Positions 27,042 to 37,966 of a stretch of DNA of 64,000 nt are shown here, piece by piece (positions within the stretch are counted from its first letter, which is position 1; every line of letters starts with the position of its first letter). Both the position numbers and the translations under genes were made by a program. Origin of the DNA: an uncultured Prevotella sp. (GTDB lineage Bacteria > Bacteroidota > Bacteroidia > Bacteroidales > Bacteroidaceae); the NCBI GenBank assembly GCA_964433895.1, contig CAYSSU010000002.1, positions 47,822 through 111,821 on the forward strand, in the 5' to 3' direction. A model generated the notes under the pieces. The model ran no database searches and had not been told where the DNA came from. It saw nothing but the letters and a program-made list of their open reading frames with translations.

Positions 27042-28982
27042 ATGATAGATCATTTAACAATAGAAAAAATAAAGGATGCGGCTAACATTGTAGACGTGGT
27101 TTCAGAATTTGTTACTCTTCGTAAAAGTGGCAGTAACTATAAGGGATTGTGTCCGTTTCATAATGAGAAAACTCCTTCGTTCTATGTTTCGCCATCGCGT
27201 GGTACATGCCATTGCTTCGGCTGTGGTAAGGGCGGTAATTCTATAGGATTCATCATGGAACATGAACAGATGACTTATCCTGAAGCCCTGAGATGGCTTG
27301 CCAGTAAATATCATATTGAGATAAAAGAACGGGAGCTGACTGATCAAGAAAGGCAGGAACAGAGTGAAAGGGAGAGTATGTTCATTGTTAATGAATGGAC
27401 CAATGAATATTTTCAGAATTTGCTCCATAATGATGTAGACGGACTGGCTATAGGAATGCAGTATTTTCGTAGTCGTGGATTTCGTGATGACATAATAAAA
27501 CAGTTTCAGTTGGGGTATGACTTGCAAGACCGTTATGCTCTTGCCAAGACAGCTCTTGCCAGGGGATATAAAGAAGAGTATCTCTTGAAAACGGGTATAT
27601 GCTATAAGAGTGACCGTGGTGAACTTATTGATCGCTATGCCGGTAGGGTGATATTCCCGTGGATAGGACTCAATGGCAAAGTGATTGGCTTTACCGCCCG
27701 TGTGTTGGATGCACGTACCAAAGGCGTGAATCAAAAGTATGTCAATTCTCCTGCTTCAGAACTGTATGACAAGTCTAAGTCTTTGTATGGAATATATCAG
27801 GCAAAAAAAGCAATGGCAGCCAAAGACCGTGTTTATCTGGTAGAGGGACAGGCTGACGTGATATCAATGTATCAGAGTGGTATAGAAAATGTGGTGGCAG
27901 GTTCTGGTACAGCTCTTACTTTTCAGCAAATTCATATTTTGCACAGGTTCACTTCCAATATAACAATGATATATGATGATGATGCCGCAGGTATTCATGC
28001 TGCAATGAGGGGTATGGATATGCTGCTGTCTGAAGGGATGAACTTAAAGGTGTTGCTTTTGCCTGACGGTGAAGACCCGGATAGTTTTGCACGTAAGCAT
28101 ACACCGGAGGAACTGCAGACTTTCATAGACGAAAATGAAACTGACTTTATGCAGTTTAAGACAGATTTGCTTTTGAAGAATGAAACGGATCCACTTAAGC
28201 GTTCTGAAGCCATAAATTCTATTGTAGCATCTATATCCATGGTTATAAATCCTATATTGAGAGATACTTACTTGCACGATTGTTCGTTGCGTATCGGTAT
28301 AGCCGAGTCTACTCTTATCGCGCAGATGAACCGTCTTATAAGAGACCGCAAGGAGAGTGGAGGTGCTCAGCGTCAACAGCAGGAAGCTGTGAATGCAGTA
28401 AGTGATAATACTGTGACTAATGCTCAGAATATAAGTCCGACAACTTCACCGCATAAGGATAGTAAAGTGGAGCAGATGATGATTCAACTTATAATAAAAT
28501 ATGGTGAGCGCAAAGTTATACATAATGTTGAGGATGCTGATGGTAATGTGATAGACCTTGGATTGGCAGAATATGTGTATTCCAGTTTTGAGGCTGACGG
28601 ACTTGAATTTCATAATCCTCTGTATAATCAGATTATGCAGGAAACAGTGCAGCATCAGAATGAAGAAGGGTTTAAGGCTGAACCTTACTTGATGCATCAT
28701 CACGATATAAGAATAAGTCAGTTGGCTGTTTCTATGACAGAAGAAAAGTTTAAACTTTCTGAGAGTCAGCAAGTAGTGGAAACAGATGAGACTCTGCAGA
28801 ATAAAATTATTCATCTTATGCTTGATTTCCGTATGGAATATGTGGAGAAACGTAGGGATGAACTTAAAAAGCAGATGCATACTCAGCCTGATAAAATGAT
28901 GGAATTGATGGCTGAGTATAAGGATATGACAGAAATAAGAAATGCGCTTGCCATACAATTGGGCAACAACATTATAATGTAA
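27042..28982 (+). CDS. dnaG: DNA primase
   Basis: 646 aa. Zinc ribbon CPFHNEKTPSFYVSPSRGTCHCFGCGKGGN. Toprim LVEGQADVIS ... MIYDDDAAG. Confidence 0.95.
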   Translation: MIDHLTIEKIKDAANIVDVVSEFVTLRKSGSNYKGLCPFHNEKTPSFYVSPSRGTCHCFGCGKGGNSIGFIMEHEQMTYPEALRWLASKYHIEIKERELTDQERQEQSERESMFIVNEWTNEYFQNLLHNDVDGLAIGMQYFRSRGFRDDIIKQFQLGYDLQDRYALAKTALARGYKEEYLLKTGICYKSDRGELIDRYAGRVIFPWIGLNGKVIGFTARVLDARTKGVNQKYVNSPASELYDKSKSLYGIYQAKKAMAAKDRVYLVEGQADVISMYQSGIENVVAGSGTALTFQQIHILHRFTSNITMIYDDDAAGIHAAMRGMDMLLSEGMNLKVLLLPDGEDPDSFARKHTPEELQTFIDENETDFMQFKTDLLLKNETDPLKRSEAINSIVASISMVINPILRDTYLHDCSLRIGIAESTLIAQMNRLIRDRKESGGAQRQQQEAVNAVSDNTVTNAQNISPTTSPHKDSKVEQMMIQLIIKYGERKVIHNVEDADGNVIDLGLAEYVYSSFEADGLEFHNPLYNQIMQETVQHQNEEGFKAEPYLMHHHDIRISQLAVSMTEEKFKLSESQQVVETDETLQNKIIHLMLDFRMEYVEKRRDELKKQMHTQPDKMMELMAEYKDMTEIRNALAIQLGNNIIM

Positions 28983-29009
28983 GCAGAAATATTATACACT
29001 CTATTATAT

Positions 29010-30434
29010 ATGATATATGTAGATAACATATTGTTGACAATCTATTTTGCTACGATATTTGTCACGGTGATAACGGTTCTGATGGATAATCGGCAACCGG
29101 CAAAGACTGTGGCTTGGATTATGGTGCTTCTGTTTTTGCCAATAATCGGTTTTATCTTATATATATGTTTTGGACAGAATATCCGCAAGCAACATCTCAT
29201 CAGTCAGCGTAGTCTTGATAAACTCACCAAGCGCAATATGCTAGAGTTTGCCGAACAGAAAAATCTTTCAGTTCCTGAAGAGTGTCGCTCGCTTGTCCGG
29301 CTGTTTGCCAATCAGAGCATGGCACTTCCTTTCAAGGATAATCATGCGGATATATATACAAGTGGATATGATTGGATTCTGTCGTTACTTAGAGAAATTG
29401 GGCGGGCTGAGAATCATGTGCATATAGACACTTATATCATTGAAGATGACCCTCTGGGAATGCTTGTTGCTGATGCCTTGATAGATAAGGCGAAACAGGG
29501 AGTTGAAGTAAGGCTGATATATGATGATGTTGGATGTTGGAACGTGAAAAACAAATTCTTCCAGCGTATGATAAATGCCGGTGTGGAAGTACGTCCGTTT
29601 CTGCCGGTGAAGTTTCCTTTGCTTACCGGTAGGGTGAATTACCGTAATCACCGCAAACTTATTGTGATAGATGGTGAGGTGGGATTCATAGGCGGTATGA
29701 ATATTGCTTTGAGATATGTAAAAGGTAATCCTTGTCAGCCATGGCGTGATACTCATCTTAAAGTCACGGGCGGAATAATGTATGCTATGCAGAGAGCTTT
29801 TCTCATTGACTGGTATTTCACATCGCGCATACTGATTACCGATCACAGTTATTATCCTGACAGTAATATGGCTGATGAAAATGATTGTATTGCGCAGATA
29901 GTGACAAGTAGTCCTGCACAGCCTTGGCCTAATATTATGCAGGGATATGTTAAGATACTGCTTGAAGCAAAGAAATATGTTTATATGGAAACGCCTTATT
30001 TCCTACCAACAGAGGAGATACTCTTTGCAATGCGCACAGCAGCGCTTTCTGGTACAGATGTGCGGTTGATGGTACCGGTAAAAGGAGATGCCAAACTTGT
30101 GGAGTGGGCAAGTAGAACATACGTAAGTGCAGTAACAGAAGCAGGTATAAAGATTTATCTTTATAAGCCAGGTTTCAATCATTCCAAGATACTTATTGCT
30201 GATGATTATGTCTGTTCATGTGGAAGTGCCAATGTTGACTTTCGCAGTTTTGAGAATAACTTTGAATCTAACATTATCTTTTATGACCATGATATGGCAA
30301 TGCGGCTTAAAGAGGTTTGGAATGATGATGCCGCTCAGTGTGTTAGCATAGAAGACGTGAAGCAGTTTAATCACCGTGCTTGGCTTCAGCGTCTTTTTGA
30401 AAGCATAGTGAGAATTATGGCTCCGTTGCTCTGA
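29010..30434 (+). CDS. cls: Cardiolipin synthase
   Basis: 474 aa. Two N-terminal TM segments and two HKD motifs (HRKLIVIDG, HSKILIADD). Confidence 0.93.
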   Translation: MIYVDNILLTIYFATIFVTVITVLMDNRQPAKTVAWIMVLLFLPIIGFILYICFGQNIRKQHLISQRSLDKLTKRNMLEFAEQKNLSVPEECRSLVRLFANQSMALPFKDNHADIYTSGYDWILSLLREIGRAENHVHIDTYIIEDDPLGMLVADALIDKAKQGVEVRLIYDDVGCWNVKNKFFQRMINAGVEVRPFLPVKFPLLTGRVNYRNHRKLIVIDGEVGFIGGMNIALRYVKGNPCQPWRDTHLKVTGGIMYAMQRAFLIDWYFTSRILITDHSYYPDSNMADENDCIAQIVTSSPAQPWPNIMQGYVKILLEAKKYVYMETPYFLPTEEILFAMRTAALSGTDVRLMVPVKGDAKLVEWASRTYVSAVTEAGIKIYLYKPGFNHSKILIADDYVCSCGSANVDFRSFENNFESNIIFYDHDMAMRLKEVWNDDAAQCVSIEDVKQFNHRAWLQRLFESIVRIMAPLL

Positions 30435-30957
30435 ATAGGCTGAAGTTTACACTTCCGTAACTTCTGTGTTCTATGAAATTCTTATGGTCGCTGAAATCAT
30501 ATTCCTTGCCGTGTTCAAACACGAAAATACCATTGTCCTTAAGAATTCCACTGCTTAATATCAAATTGGGAATTTCCGGAAGTTCTTTTAGTGCGTAAGG
30601 AGGATCAGCAAAGATAAAGTCGAATTGCTGATGGCAACTCTTTATGAATCTGAATACGTCTCCGCGAATCAGTAAATCACTGTCGTCATTAATCTTATTG
30701 AAGTTTTGGCGTATGAAGTTGGCATGGTTGCGGTCGGCTTCCACGCTCACCACTTCCTTGCATCCGCGGCTGGCAAGTTCCAGACTGATGCTGCCTGTTC
30801 CCGCAAAAAGATCCAAAGCCAATGTGTCTTCAAAGTCTATATATCCCATCAGTACATTAAATATATTCTCTTTGGCAAAGTCTGTTGTTGGACGTGCTTT
30901 GAAAGAGCGTGGAATATCAAAATGTCTGCCTTTGTATTTACCTGTAATTATTCTCAT
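30415..30957 (-). CDS. rsmD: 16S rRNA (guanine966-N2)-methyltransferase RsmD
   Basis: 180 aa. RPTTDFAKENIFN, LDLFAGTGSISLE SAM motif, FADPPYA. The 3' end overlaps cls by 20 nt. Confidence 0.9.
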   Translation of the reverse strand: MRIITGKYKGRHFDIPRSFKARPTTDFAKENIFNVLMGYIDFEDTLALDLFAGTGSISLELASRGCKEVVSVEADRNHANFIRQNFNKINDDSDLLIRGDVFRFIKSCHQQFDFIFADPPYALKELPEIPNLILSSGILKDNGIFVFEHGKEYDFSDHKNFIEHRSYGSVNFSLFRATEP

Positions 30958-31766
30958 CTTCCTTTTAAAAATAAAGTTATAATATCAAACGGAATATCTT
31001 TTATTTGTGTTATAGGGGCTCTGTTGAACTCTGCTGAAGCATTTACGTAATATACATTCTTCACATATTTCTTCAGTTGTTCGGTGAGTGCTTCACGTTC
31101 TTCTATTTTTCCCGATATGTAGATTTCATCTTCAGTGGCATTTAGTCCCAATTGCTGGTACACGCATAGTATGAAGTAAGATGCGTCATTGTTGCCGATT
31201 ATATTATATTTATTGTAGAACTTAAAGTGATTTCCCGAAAAAGAGAACACTTCCAATTTCTTTTCATGGAAATACGTAAGTAGTTTTTTGTATTTGCCCG
31301 TAAAAGAACGTCTATGAAGATAATTCCATACAGGCTGCATCAGCGGCAATATCCTAATATCCTGAAAATGGTCTGTAAGTACCAGTTTCAAGTCTTTGTT
31401 TATGGGATATACAGCCACAGCATTCTCGCCCGGCAATATCGTGTTGAGTATTTCTTCGTTGTTGCGCTCGGTGAATGTATAGTTGTATAGGCTTTCTGCG
31501 TCTTCTGTTTTAAATTCATCTATAGGTACAATCATCACGGGAGAGTCTATTATCACTTGTGCTCTTTGGAATCCTTGACTCAATAGATTACTGTCACTGA
31601 ATGCCTCACGCAAGTTGGCAGCCATTGACATTCCGCTTTTGACGATATATGATTCCCATGCAAGTCCGTTGATAGCAGTGCTGTTGGCAACGGCAAATGC
31701 AAGTGTGTTGTCTGCAATGCGCATTGTTATACGCTGCAGTCTTATATTATTCCCAGTTTCCTGCAT
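30954..31766 (-). CDS. Conserved hypothetical protein (DUF3822-like by recollection of the Bacteroidota rsmD neighbourhood)
   Basis: 270 aa. ATGA start/stop overlap with rsmD indicates translational coupling. No catalytic motif recognised. Confidence 0.6.
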   Translation of the reverse strand: MQETGNNIRLQRITMRIADNTLAFAVANSTAINGLAWESYIVKSGMSMAANLREAFSDSNLLSQGFQRAQVIIDSPVMIVPIDEFKTEDAESLYNYTFTERNNEEILNTILPGENAVAVYPINKDLKLVLTDHFQDIRILPLMQPVWNYLHRRSFTGKYKKLLTYFHEKKLEVFSFSGNHFKFYNKYNIIGNNDASYFILCVYQQLGLNATEDEIYISGKIEEREALTEQLKKYVKNVYYVNASAEFNRAPITQIKDIPFDIITLFLKGR

Positions 31767-32226
31767 TGTTGTTGTCTGTTTGTATGTCTCCGAAAATCAG
31801 TCCGGGAAAAGTTCCGTTGGCAGAAGCTTTTTCCATAAGTTCATTTATGCTGTTTCTATCCAGTCCTTTCAGATATTCTTCATATCCGGCAAAGCAGTCC
31901 ATGAGGGGTATTTCTCTTCCGCTTTTGCCTACACCCATAGTTATGTCAATGCTGAATTTTTTGCCGTCTCCGAATGGTATGTATTCTATGCTGTCCGCAA
32001 GTCCGTATTTTTTCAGTTCATTGAAATCAGATGTAAAAATGCCGTTTTTCGCTCTGTATCTATTTTCGGCATTGCGAATTTTTACAAGTTGTTCTATTAC
32101 GGCTTTTTCACGTTTGGCTCTTTCCTCGTTAAAGTGCATCGGACTATATATGCTTAGAAAGCATATTATCACAAGTGCCAGTACACAAAGGCTGAGAATC
32201 AAATTATTTGTAAATTTCAGCTTCAT
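31747..32226 (-). CDS. Membrane-anchored hypothetical protein
   Basis: 159 aa. Single N-terminal TM segment LILSLCVLALVIICFLSIY followed by a charged helix. Overlaps the next gene by 20 nt. Confidence 0.6.
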   Translation of the reverse strand: MKLKFTNNLILSLCVLALVIICFLSIYSPMHFNEERAKREKAVIEQLVKIRNAENRYRAKNGIFTSDFNELKKYGLADSIEYIPFGDGKKFSIDITMGVGKSGREIPLMDCFAGYEEYLKGLDRNSINELMEKASANGTFPGLIFGDIQTDNNNAGNWE

Positions 32227-32241
32227 CTCGTTATTTCTTAT

Positions 32242-32263
32242 TATCTTTGTGCTTGCAAAGATA
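32242..32263. promoter_or_regulatory. Palindromic pair of crossing -7 boxes TATCTTTG-TGCTTG-CAAAGATA
   Basis: The plus-strand box 32242-32249 points to the helicase gene (start 32305). The minus-strand box 32256-32263 points to ATG 32226. The 8-bp arms are perfect. Confidence 0.55.
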
Positions 32264-32304
32264 GTGCAAAATGAGAGAAGAACAAAATAAAAAGGTAGTT
32301 AAAA

Positions 32305-33741
32305 TTGAAAATACAGGAATTCATAGAACGTATATTGGATGAATTTGGTTTTGCTCCTACGGCAGACCAACTTCATGCTTTGGATACTTTTGCCCGTTTC
32401 CTTGCCGACCGTGATACTCATTCTGTTATGGTCCTCCGTGGTAGTGCCGGTACGGGAAAGACATCTATAGCTGGGGCTATGGTAAGGGCTTTTACCAAAG
32501 TGGGACAGAAACTCATTCTAATGGCTCCTACCGGCAGGGCTGCAAAGGTGTTTTCTCTTAACAGCAGACATCCGGCTTTTACCATTCATCGTAAGATATA
32601 CCGTGAAAAAAGCTATCAGGGTATTGGCGGACAATTCAACCTGAATAGCAATATACACAAAAATACGTTGTTCATGATTGATGAGGCTTCCATGATATCG
32701 GGAGGGACCGGCAATGTCGATAATGGAATATTTGGCAGCGGCAGTCTGCTGGATGACCTTATCCAATATGTTTATCAGGGAGATAATTGTCGTATGCTGC
32801 TTGTTGGAGATAAGGCACAGTTGCCTCCTGTGGGTGAAGAAGAGGCTCCGGCTTTAAATGGTGATATGCTTAGTGGATATGGTCTGCATGTCTATCAGTG
32901 TGATCTTAATGAGGTGCTTCGGCAGAGTGAGGAGTCGGGAATACTTTATAATGCTACTGTTATCCGTGGTATGATAACACATGATGAACTCACAAAGTTA
33001 CCTAAAATTCGCTTTTCAGGTTTTGCAGATATTGTGATGATGCCTGGAAATGAAATAGTAGAGAGCATTGCAGACAGTTATTCAACCGTGGGACTTGACG
33101 AGACAATGGTGATAACACGTAGCAATAAAACGGCTATAATATATAATCGGGGCATACGTAATACGATTCTTGACAGAGAGGAATTACTTTCTTCCGGGGA
33201 TATGCTCATGGTGGTAAAAAATAAGTATTTTTCTTCCGATTCTTCTTCAAGAGAGGAAAAGCCTTCATTCATTGCCAATGGCGACAGAGTGAGAGTGGAG
33301 CGTGTGCGTAATATACGAGAAATGTATGGATTCAAGTTTGCCGATGTAGAACTTTCTTTTCCTGATTATGACGGACTAGAGATGACACAGACCGTGATTT
33401 TGGATACTCTCACATCAGAGGCTCCGGCACTTACGCATGAAGAGAATGAACGACTTTATAATAAGGTGATGGAAGATTATGAAGATGTTCCGCTAAAGCA
33501 CGACCGTATAGCCAGCCTTAAACAGGATGATTATTTCAATGCTCTTCAGGTAAAGTATGCATACGCCATAACTTGCCATAAGGCGCAGGGTGGGCAATGG
33601 GCTGATGTGTATATTGACCAGGGGTATATGACAGATGACATGCTTACTCCTGACTATATCCATTGGCTATACACGGCTTTTACCCGTGCTACCAATAAAC
33701 TGTATCTTATAAACTGGCCTAAAACACAGACAGAGGCGTAA
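32305..33741 (+). CDS. RecD/TraA-like ATP-dependent DNA helicase (SF1), TTG start
   Basis: 478 aa. Walker A GSAGTGKTS, Walker B FMIDEASM, LVGDKAQLPPV, C-terminal CHKAQGGQW. In-frame TAG at 32296. The first ATG is only 7 codons before Walker A, so TTG at 32305 (or 32335) must initiate. Confidence 0.85.
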   Translation: MKIQEFIERILDEFGFAPTADQLHALDTFARFLADRDTHSVMVLRGSAGTGKTSIAGAMVRAFTKVGQKLILMAPTGRAAKVFSLNSRHPAFTIHRKIYREKSYQGIGGQFNLNSNIHKNTLFMIDEASMISGGTGNVDNGIFGSGSLLDDLIQYVYQGDNCRMLLVGDKAQLPPVGEEEAPALNGDMLSGYGLHVYQCDLNEVLRQSEESGILYNATVIRGMITHDELTKLPKIRFSGFADIVMMPGNEIVESIADSYSTVGLDETMVITRSNKTAIIYNRGIRNTILDREELLSSGDMLMVVKNKYFSSDSSSREEKPSFIANGDRVRVERVRNIREMYGFKFADVELSFPDYDGLEMTQTVILDTLTSEAPALTHEENERLYNKVMEDYEDVPLKHDRIASLKQDDYFNALQVKYAYAITCHKAQGGQWADVYIDQGYMTDDMLTPDYIHWLYTAFTRATNKLYLINWPKTQTEA

Positions 33742-33749
33742 AAAATAAA

Positions 33750-33777
33750 AGTCTCCGATTCGCACGAACCGGAGACT
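33750..33777. terminator. Bidirectional terminator between the convergent helicase gene and alaS
   Basis: AGTCTCCG / CGGAGACT 8-bp stem, with an A-run before and TTGTT after. Confidence 0.55.
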
Positions 33778-33808
33778 TGTTGATTTAGTGAGATTTATAT
33801 TAATCTGA

Positions 33809-36472
33809 TTACAGATTAGCCAATTCTATGATCTTGTCCACTGCTGCACTCAGACCATCGACATTTTTGCCGCCTGCCTGTGCATAGTGAGGCTGACCGC
33901 CACCGCCACCCTGAATGAGTTTTGCGGCTTCGCTAATCATCTTGCCTGCGTTCAGTCCGTGGTCTTTCACAATGTCATCACTGAACATCACACTCAACAT
34001 TGGTTTGTCGTTGCTCTTACTTCCTATCACTGCAACGAGATTTTCAGGTTGAGCTTCACGCAACTTGAATACAAGATCTTTTGCTGCAGCAGGTTCCATT
34101 GGCAATACAGCTTTTATAACGGTTACTCCATTTACTGTTTCTGCACGCTTCAGAAGTTCGTCCTTGGTGCGTTCCACAGTTTGTGCCTGGAACTTCTCAA
34201 CTTCTTTCTTCAGTTCATCGTGCTCGTCAATATATTTCTTTATTACTCCCTGCAAGTCTTTGGCATTGTTGAATAGTGCCTTTACATTTGACAGAGTGTC
34301 CTGAAGTCCATAGATGGCTTCTTCACAAGCTTTGCCTGTTAGAGCCTCTATACGGCGTACACCTGCGGCAACACTGCTTTCTGATATTATCTTGAAGAAA
34401 CCTATGCTGCCGGTGCTCTTGGCGTGGATACCACCACAGAATTCACATGATGGACCGAAGCGAACCACGCGCACCTTGTCACCATATTTCTCACCGAATA
34501 GAGCTATTGCTCCCAATTCCTTTGCCTCTTCTATAGGAGTGTTTCTGTGTTCATCCAATGCATAGTCCTGTCGAATCATCTCGTTTACGATATGTTCCAC
34601 CTTGCGCAACTCTTCATCAGTCACTTTCTGGAAGTGAGAGAAGTCAAAACGTAGAGTGTCTGCATTGACAAAAGAGCCCTTTTGTTCCACATGGTCACCG
34701 AGAACTTGTTTTAGTGCGTAGTCCAGCAAGTGGGTTGCTGTATGATTGGCAGCACTGCCGTTTCTCTTGTCAATATCAACGCATGCCATAAAGTCTGCAT
34801 TGATATCTTCTGGCAGTTTCTTGACAATATGTATGCTTTGGTTGTTTTCTCTCTTGGTGTCGATAATCTCTATTGTTTCATTTTCAGAAACCAAAGAGCC
34901 CTGATCACCTACCTGACCGCCCATTTCTCCATAGAAAGGAGTACAGTCAAGAACAACCTCATAAAATGTATTCTTCTTTTGGGTTACCTGGCGGTAGCGC
35001 AGAATGTGACATTCGTATTCCGTATAGTCATAGCCTACGAATTCCTGTTCACCATCCTTAATAATCTGCCAGTCTCCGTTTTCTACGGCAGCAGCATTGC
35101 GTGCACGTGCTTTCTGCTTTGCCATTTCCTCATTGAATTTTTCCTCGTCAACAGTATATCCGTTTTCGCGGCATATAAGTTCCGTCAGGTCAAGAGGGAA
35201 ACCGTAAGTATCGAATAGTCGGAAAGCACTTTCACCGTCAAGTTCTTTTTGTCCGTGAGCCTTCAGCTCATCCATGTCACCATTCAGCAAATTGATGCCT
35301 TTCTCCAAAGTGCGAAGGAAAGAGTCTTCCTCTTCCTTTATCACTCGTGTTATCAATTCCTGTTGTGCAGGCAGTTCTGGGAAAGCACCGCCCATTTCCT
35401 GTATCAACACAGAAACTAGTTTATATAGGAATGCAGCTTTCTGGTCAAGGAAAGTGTATGCATAGCGTACGGCACGGCGCAGTATGCGGCGAATCACGTA
35501 TCCGGCTTTGGCATTGCTTGGCAGCTGACCGTCAGCAATAGAGAAACTTACAGCTCTCAGATGGTCTGCAACTACACGCATTGCAATATCAGTTTTTTCC
35601 TGTCCGTTGGCACCCTCACCGTTATTTCCGGTAGGTGATGTGAAGCCGTATTTCTTACCGCTCAGGCGTTCTATTTCTTTTATAATCGGCTGGAAAATGT
35701 CTGTATCATAATTTGAGTGCTTACCCTGAAGCATACGTACCAGACGCTCAAATCCCATACCGGTGTCTATGACGTGCATAGGCAGAGATGCAAGACTTCC
35801 GTCGGCTTTTCTGTTATATTGCATGAATACGATGTTCCATATTTCAATAACCTGTGGGTCATCTTGGTTCACCAATTCTCGTCCTGCAACTTTTGCCTTT
35901 TCTTCCGGAGTACGGCTGTCTACGTGTATTTCAGAGCAAGGACCGCAAGGACCGGTGTCACCCATTTCCCAGAAGTTGTCATGCTTGTTTCCATTTATGA
36001 TGTGGTCGGCAGGTACATGCTTAGCCCAGTATGAGGCAGCTTCATCGTCTCTGCTAAGTCCTTCTTCTTTGCAGCCTTCAAACACGGTAACATACAAATC
36101 GTCAGGGTTTAGTTTCAGCACGTCTACCAAATATTCCCATGCCATATCAATAGCACCTTCTTTGAAGTAATCTCCGAAACTCCAGTTCCCAAGCATTTCA
36201 AACATCGTGTGGTGATAAGTGTCATGTCCCACTTCTTCAAGGTCGTTGTGCTTGCCGCTTACACGCAGACATTTCTGTGTGTCCACCCGACGTACATCGT
36301 TTCCCGGATCCTTGGTGCCCAGAATGATATCTTTCCACTGGTTCATTCCTGCATTGGTAAACATCAGCGTAGGGTCATCTTTTATGACCATAGGAGCTGA
36401 AGGTACGATTTTATGTCCGTGAGCTTCAAAGAATTTCTTGTATGACTCACGCACTTCGTTAGCTGTCATCAT
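33809..36472 (-). CDS. alaS: Alanine--tRNA ligase
   Basis: 887 aa. Class II core ([30 protein letters not shown]), editing-domain HxxxH (NHTATHLL) and CGGIH, C-terminal DHHA1 GGGGG. Confidence 0.96.
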   Translation of the reverse strand: MMTANEVRESYKKFFEAHGHKIVPSAPMVIKDDPTLMFTNAGMNQWKDIILGTKDPGNDVRRVDTQKCLRVSGKHNDLEEVGHDTYHHTMFEMLGNWSFGDYFKEGAIDMAWEYLVDVLKLNPDDLYVTVFEGCKEEGLSRDDEAASYWAKHVPADHIINGNKHDNFWEMGDTGPCGPCSEIHVDSRTPEEKAKVAGRELVNQDDPQVIEIWNIVFMQYNRKADGSLASLPMHVIDTGMGFERLVRMLQGKHSNYDTDIFQPIIKEIERLSGKKYGFTSPTGNNGEGANGQEKTDIAMRVVADHLRAVSFSIADGQLPSNAKAGYVIRRILRRAVRYAYTFLDQKAAFLYKLVSVLIQEMGGAFPELPAQQELITRVIKEEEDSFLRTLEKGINLLNGDMDELKAHGQKELDGESAFRLFDTYGFPLDLTELICRENGYTVDEEKFNEEMAKQKARARNAAAVENGDWQIIKDGEQEFVGYDYTEYECHILRYRQVTQKKNTFYEVVLDCTPFYGEMGGQVGDQGSLVSENETIEIIDTKRENNQSIHIVKKLPEDINADFMACVDIDKRNGSAANHTATHLLDYALKQVLGDHVEQKGSFVNADTLRFDFSHFQKVTDEELRKVEHIVNEMIRQDYALDEHRNTPIEEAKELGAIALFGEKYGDKVRVVRFGPSCEFCGGIHAKSTGSIGFFKIISESSVAAGVRRIEALTGKACEEAIYGLQDTLSNVKALFNNAKDLQGVIKKYIDEHDELKKEVEKFQAQTVERTKDELLKRAETVNGVTVIKAVLPMEPAAAKDLVFKLREAQPENLVAVIGSKSNDKPMLSVMFSDDIVKDHGLNAGKMISEAAKLIQGGGGGQPHYAQAGGKNVDGLSAAVDKIIELANL

Positions 36473-36515
36473 GTTTATTTTTGCTTTAATTTTTTATTTC
36501 TTCCAAAAACATTTG

Positions 36516-36523
36516 CAAAGATA
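36516..36523 (-). promoter_or_regulatory. -7 promoter box TATCTTTG for alaS
   Basis: Lies 43 nt upstream of ATG 36472 on the minus strand. Confidence 0.55.
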
Positions 36524-36535
36524 CCAAGTTTTGTT

Positions 36536-36543
36536 TAATTTTG
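36536..36543 (+). promoter_or_regulatory. -7 promoter box TAATTTTG for the merR-family gene
   Basis: Lies 41 nt upstream of ATG 36585. Confidence 0.55.
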
Positions 36544-36584
36544 CAATTAAATTAATCATTGTTTAATAAAAAAGCATTGAAAAT

Positions 36585-36935
36585 ATGGCATTGAATCCAA
36601 ATAAGAACTTAAAGTTGTACTACTCTATCAAGGAAGTAGCTAAAATGTTTAGTCTTCAGGAGAGTACACTGAGATATTGGGAAACGGAATTTCCCAATCT
36701 TCGTCCCAAAACTCAGTTGGGTACGAAAGTACGTCAGTATACTCAGAAGGATATTGATGAGATAAAAGTGATTTATAATCTTGTAAAGGAACGTGGTTTC
36801 AAGTTGGCTGCTGCACGTAAGATGTTGTCGCAGAACCGTGAGGGGGTGGATAAGAGTGCAGAGGTTCTTACCACGCTTATATCTGTGCGTGAACAATTGC
36901 AGGAACTAAAGGCTCAATTTGCAAAATTGGTGTAG
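36585..36935 (+). CDS. MerR family transcriptional regulator
   Basis: 116 aa. N-terminal winged HTH YSIKEVAKMFSLQESTLRYWE and a C-terminal coiled coil. Confidence 0.85.
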   Translation: MALNPNKNLKLYYSIKEVAKMFSLQESTLRYWETEFPNLRPKTQLGTKVRQYTQKDIDEIKVIYNLVKERGFKLAAARKMLSQNREGVDKSAEVLTTLISVREQLQELKAQFAKLV

Positions 36936-36990
36936 ATGATGTTCTTCGTTGTGTGAAATATTCTTAATGCCACGCCTAATACCAGACAAG

Positions 36991-37950
36991 TTAATGTCTG
37001 GTGTTGAGTGTTCTAAGATAATTTCTTACCATTTTTCCGTATGGTTTTATTACGTCATCAGTCCAGTTGCCTTCAGTCTTGGCTCTTGGTAACAGCATAG
37101 AGCATGTTTCGTTCTTATCAGAAACAGACCAGTTTACCCAACTCACTTTCAGTTCTTCCATAAGATTTATCCATTTCTGCCATTCCTCTTTGTTCAATGG
37201 ACCATCACCGGAAGCTTCCATTCCTGCACTTTCACTTACAAATACAGGCAGACCGCTTTCAACAGCAGTTTTTAGTTTGTCGCGCAGATAATCTTTGTGT
37301 GTTGCAGCATAGAAGTGAACGGTGTACATCATATTGCTTACGCCTTCTATCGGGCTTTTCTGCACCAAGTCTATGTCTTGGTCCCAATGGGGGCATCCCA
37401 TTAGAATAATATTTTTCTTGTCGTATGTTCGTATGGCATCTGTTATGGTCTTGCCATATACTTTCAAATCTTCCCAAGAATCATTTATCGGTTCATTGTA
37501 AAGTTCATATATCACGTTGGGATATTTGCCGTATTTCTTTGCCATGGCGGTGAAAAAAGCCTTTGCTTCCATGGTGTGCATGGTGTGCGCATGCCAGTCT
37601 ATAATCACGTAAGCGCCGTTCTTTATAGCGGCTTCTATTACAGGAGTCATGCATTTCATTGCAAATTCGGGATTCTCCAGATAGTTGTCTTCTATCTGTA
37701 TGCCCATTGCTGCTCTTATCACGTTAGCATGCCAGTCATCAATAAGCCACTTTACGGCATTCTTGTTATAAAATCTGGGCCATAAGTTGTGCCATCCCAA
37801 ACTTGCTCCGCGCAAAGTTACTGGGTCGCCGTTTTGGTCACACAATTGTGCGCCTTTTACTTGTAGTTGTCCCCATTGTTTAACAGGACCCGCTGCGTTT
37901 GCCAAAATGGCACAGCAGATGAACATTAATGTAAGAACTGTCTTTTTCAT
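36991..37950 (-). CDS. Glycoside hydrolase family 5 (endoglucanase/cellulase-like), secreted
   Basis: 319 aa with a signal peptide. Acid/base YELYNEP, nucleophile region VFVSESAG, WHAH and HFY motifs of the GH5 (beta/alpha)8 fold. Confidence 0.85.
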   Translation of the reverse strand: MKKTVLTLMFICCAILANAAGPVKQWGQLQVKGAQLCDQNGDPVTLRGASLGWHNLWPRFYNKNAVKWLIDDWHANVIRAAMGIQIEDNYLENPEFAMKCMTPVIEAAIKNGAYVIIDWHAHTMHTMEAKAFFTAMAKKYGKYPNVIYELYNEPINDSWEDLKVYGKTITDAIRTYDKKNIILMGCPHWDQDIDLVQKSPIEGVSNMMYTVHFYAATHKDYLRDKLKTAVESGLPVFVSESAGMEASGDGPLNKEEWQKWINLMEELKVSWVNWSVSDKNETCSMLLPRAKTEGNWTDDVIKPYGKMVRNYLRTLNTRH

Positions 37951-37966
37951 TGTATGTAATTTTAGG

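Noticed and set aside
27102-27734. Long antisense ORFs inside well-supported genes: 27102-27734 and 28446-28958 in dnaG, 63252-63869 in mnmA, 8015-8554 in the EamA gene, and 31615-32290 opposite the DUF3822/hypothetical genes.
   Set aside because: All are mirror-frame ORFs opposite genes with clear family motifs. They are rich in Phe/Ile/Leu/Lys from AT-rich antisense codons. None has a promoter or terminator.
36981-37002. An 8-bp hairpin (ACCAGACA/TGTCTGGT) spanning the GH5 stop codon, considered as a terminator for merR or GH5.
   Set aside because: No T-run follows it on either strand, and it overlaps coding sequence.
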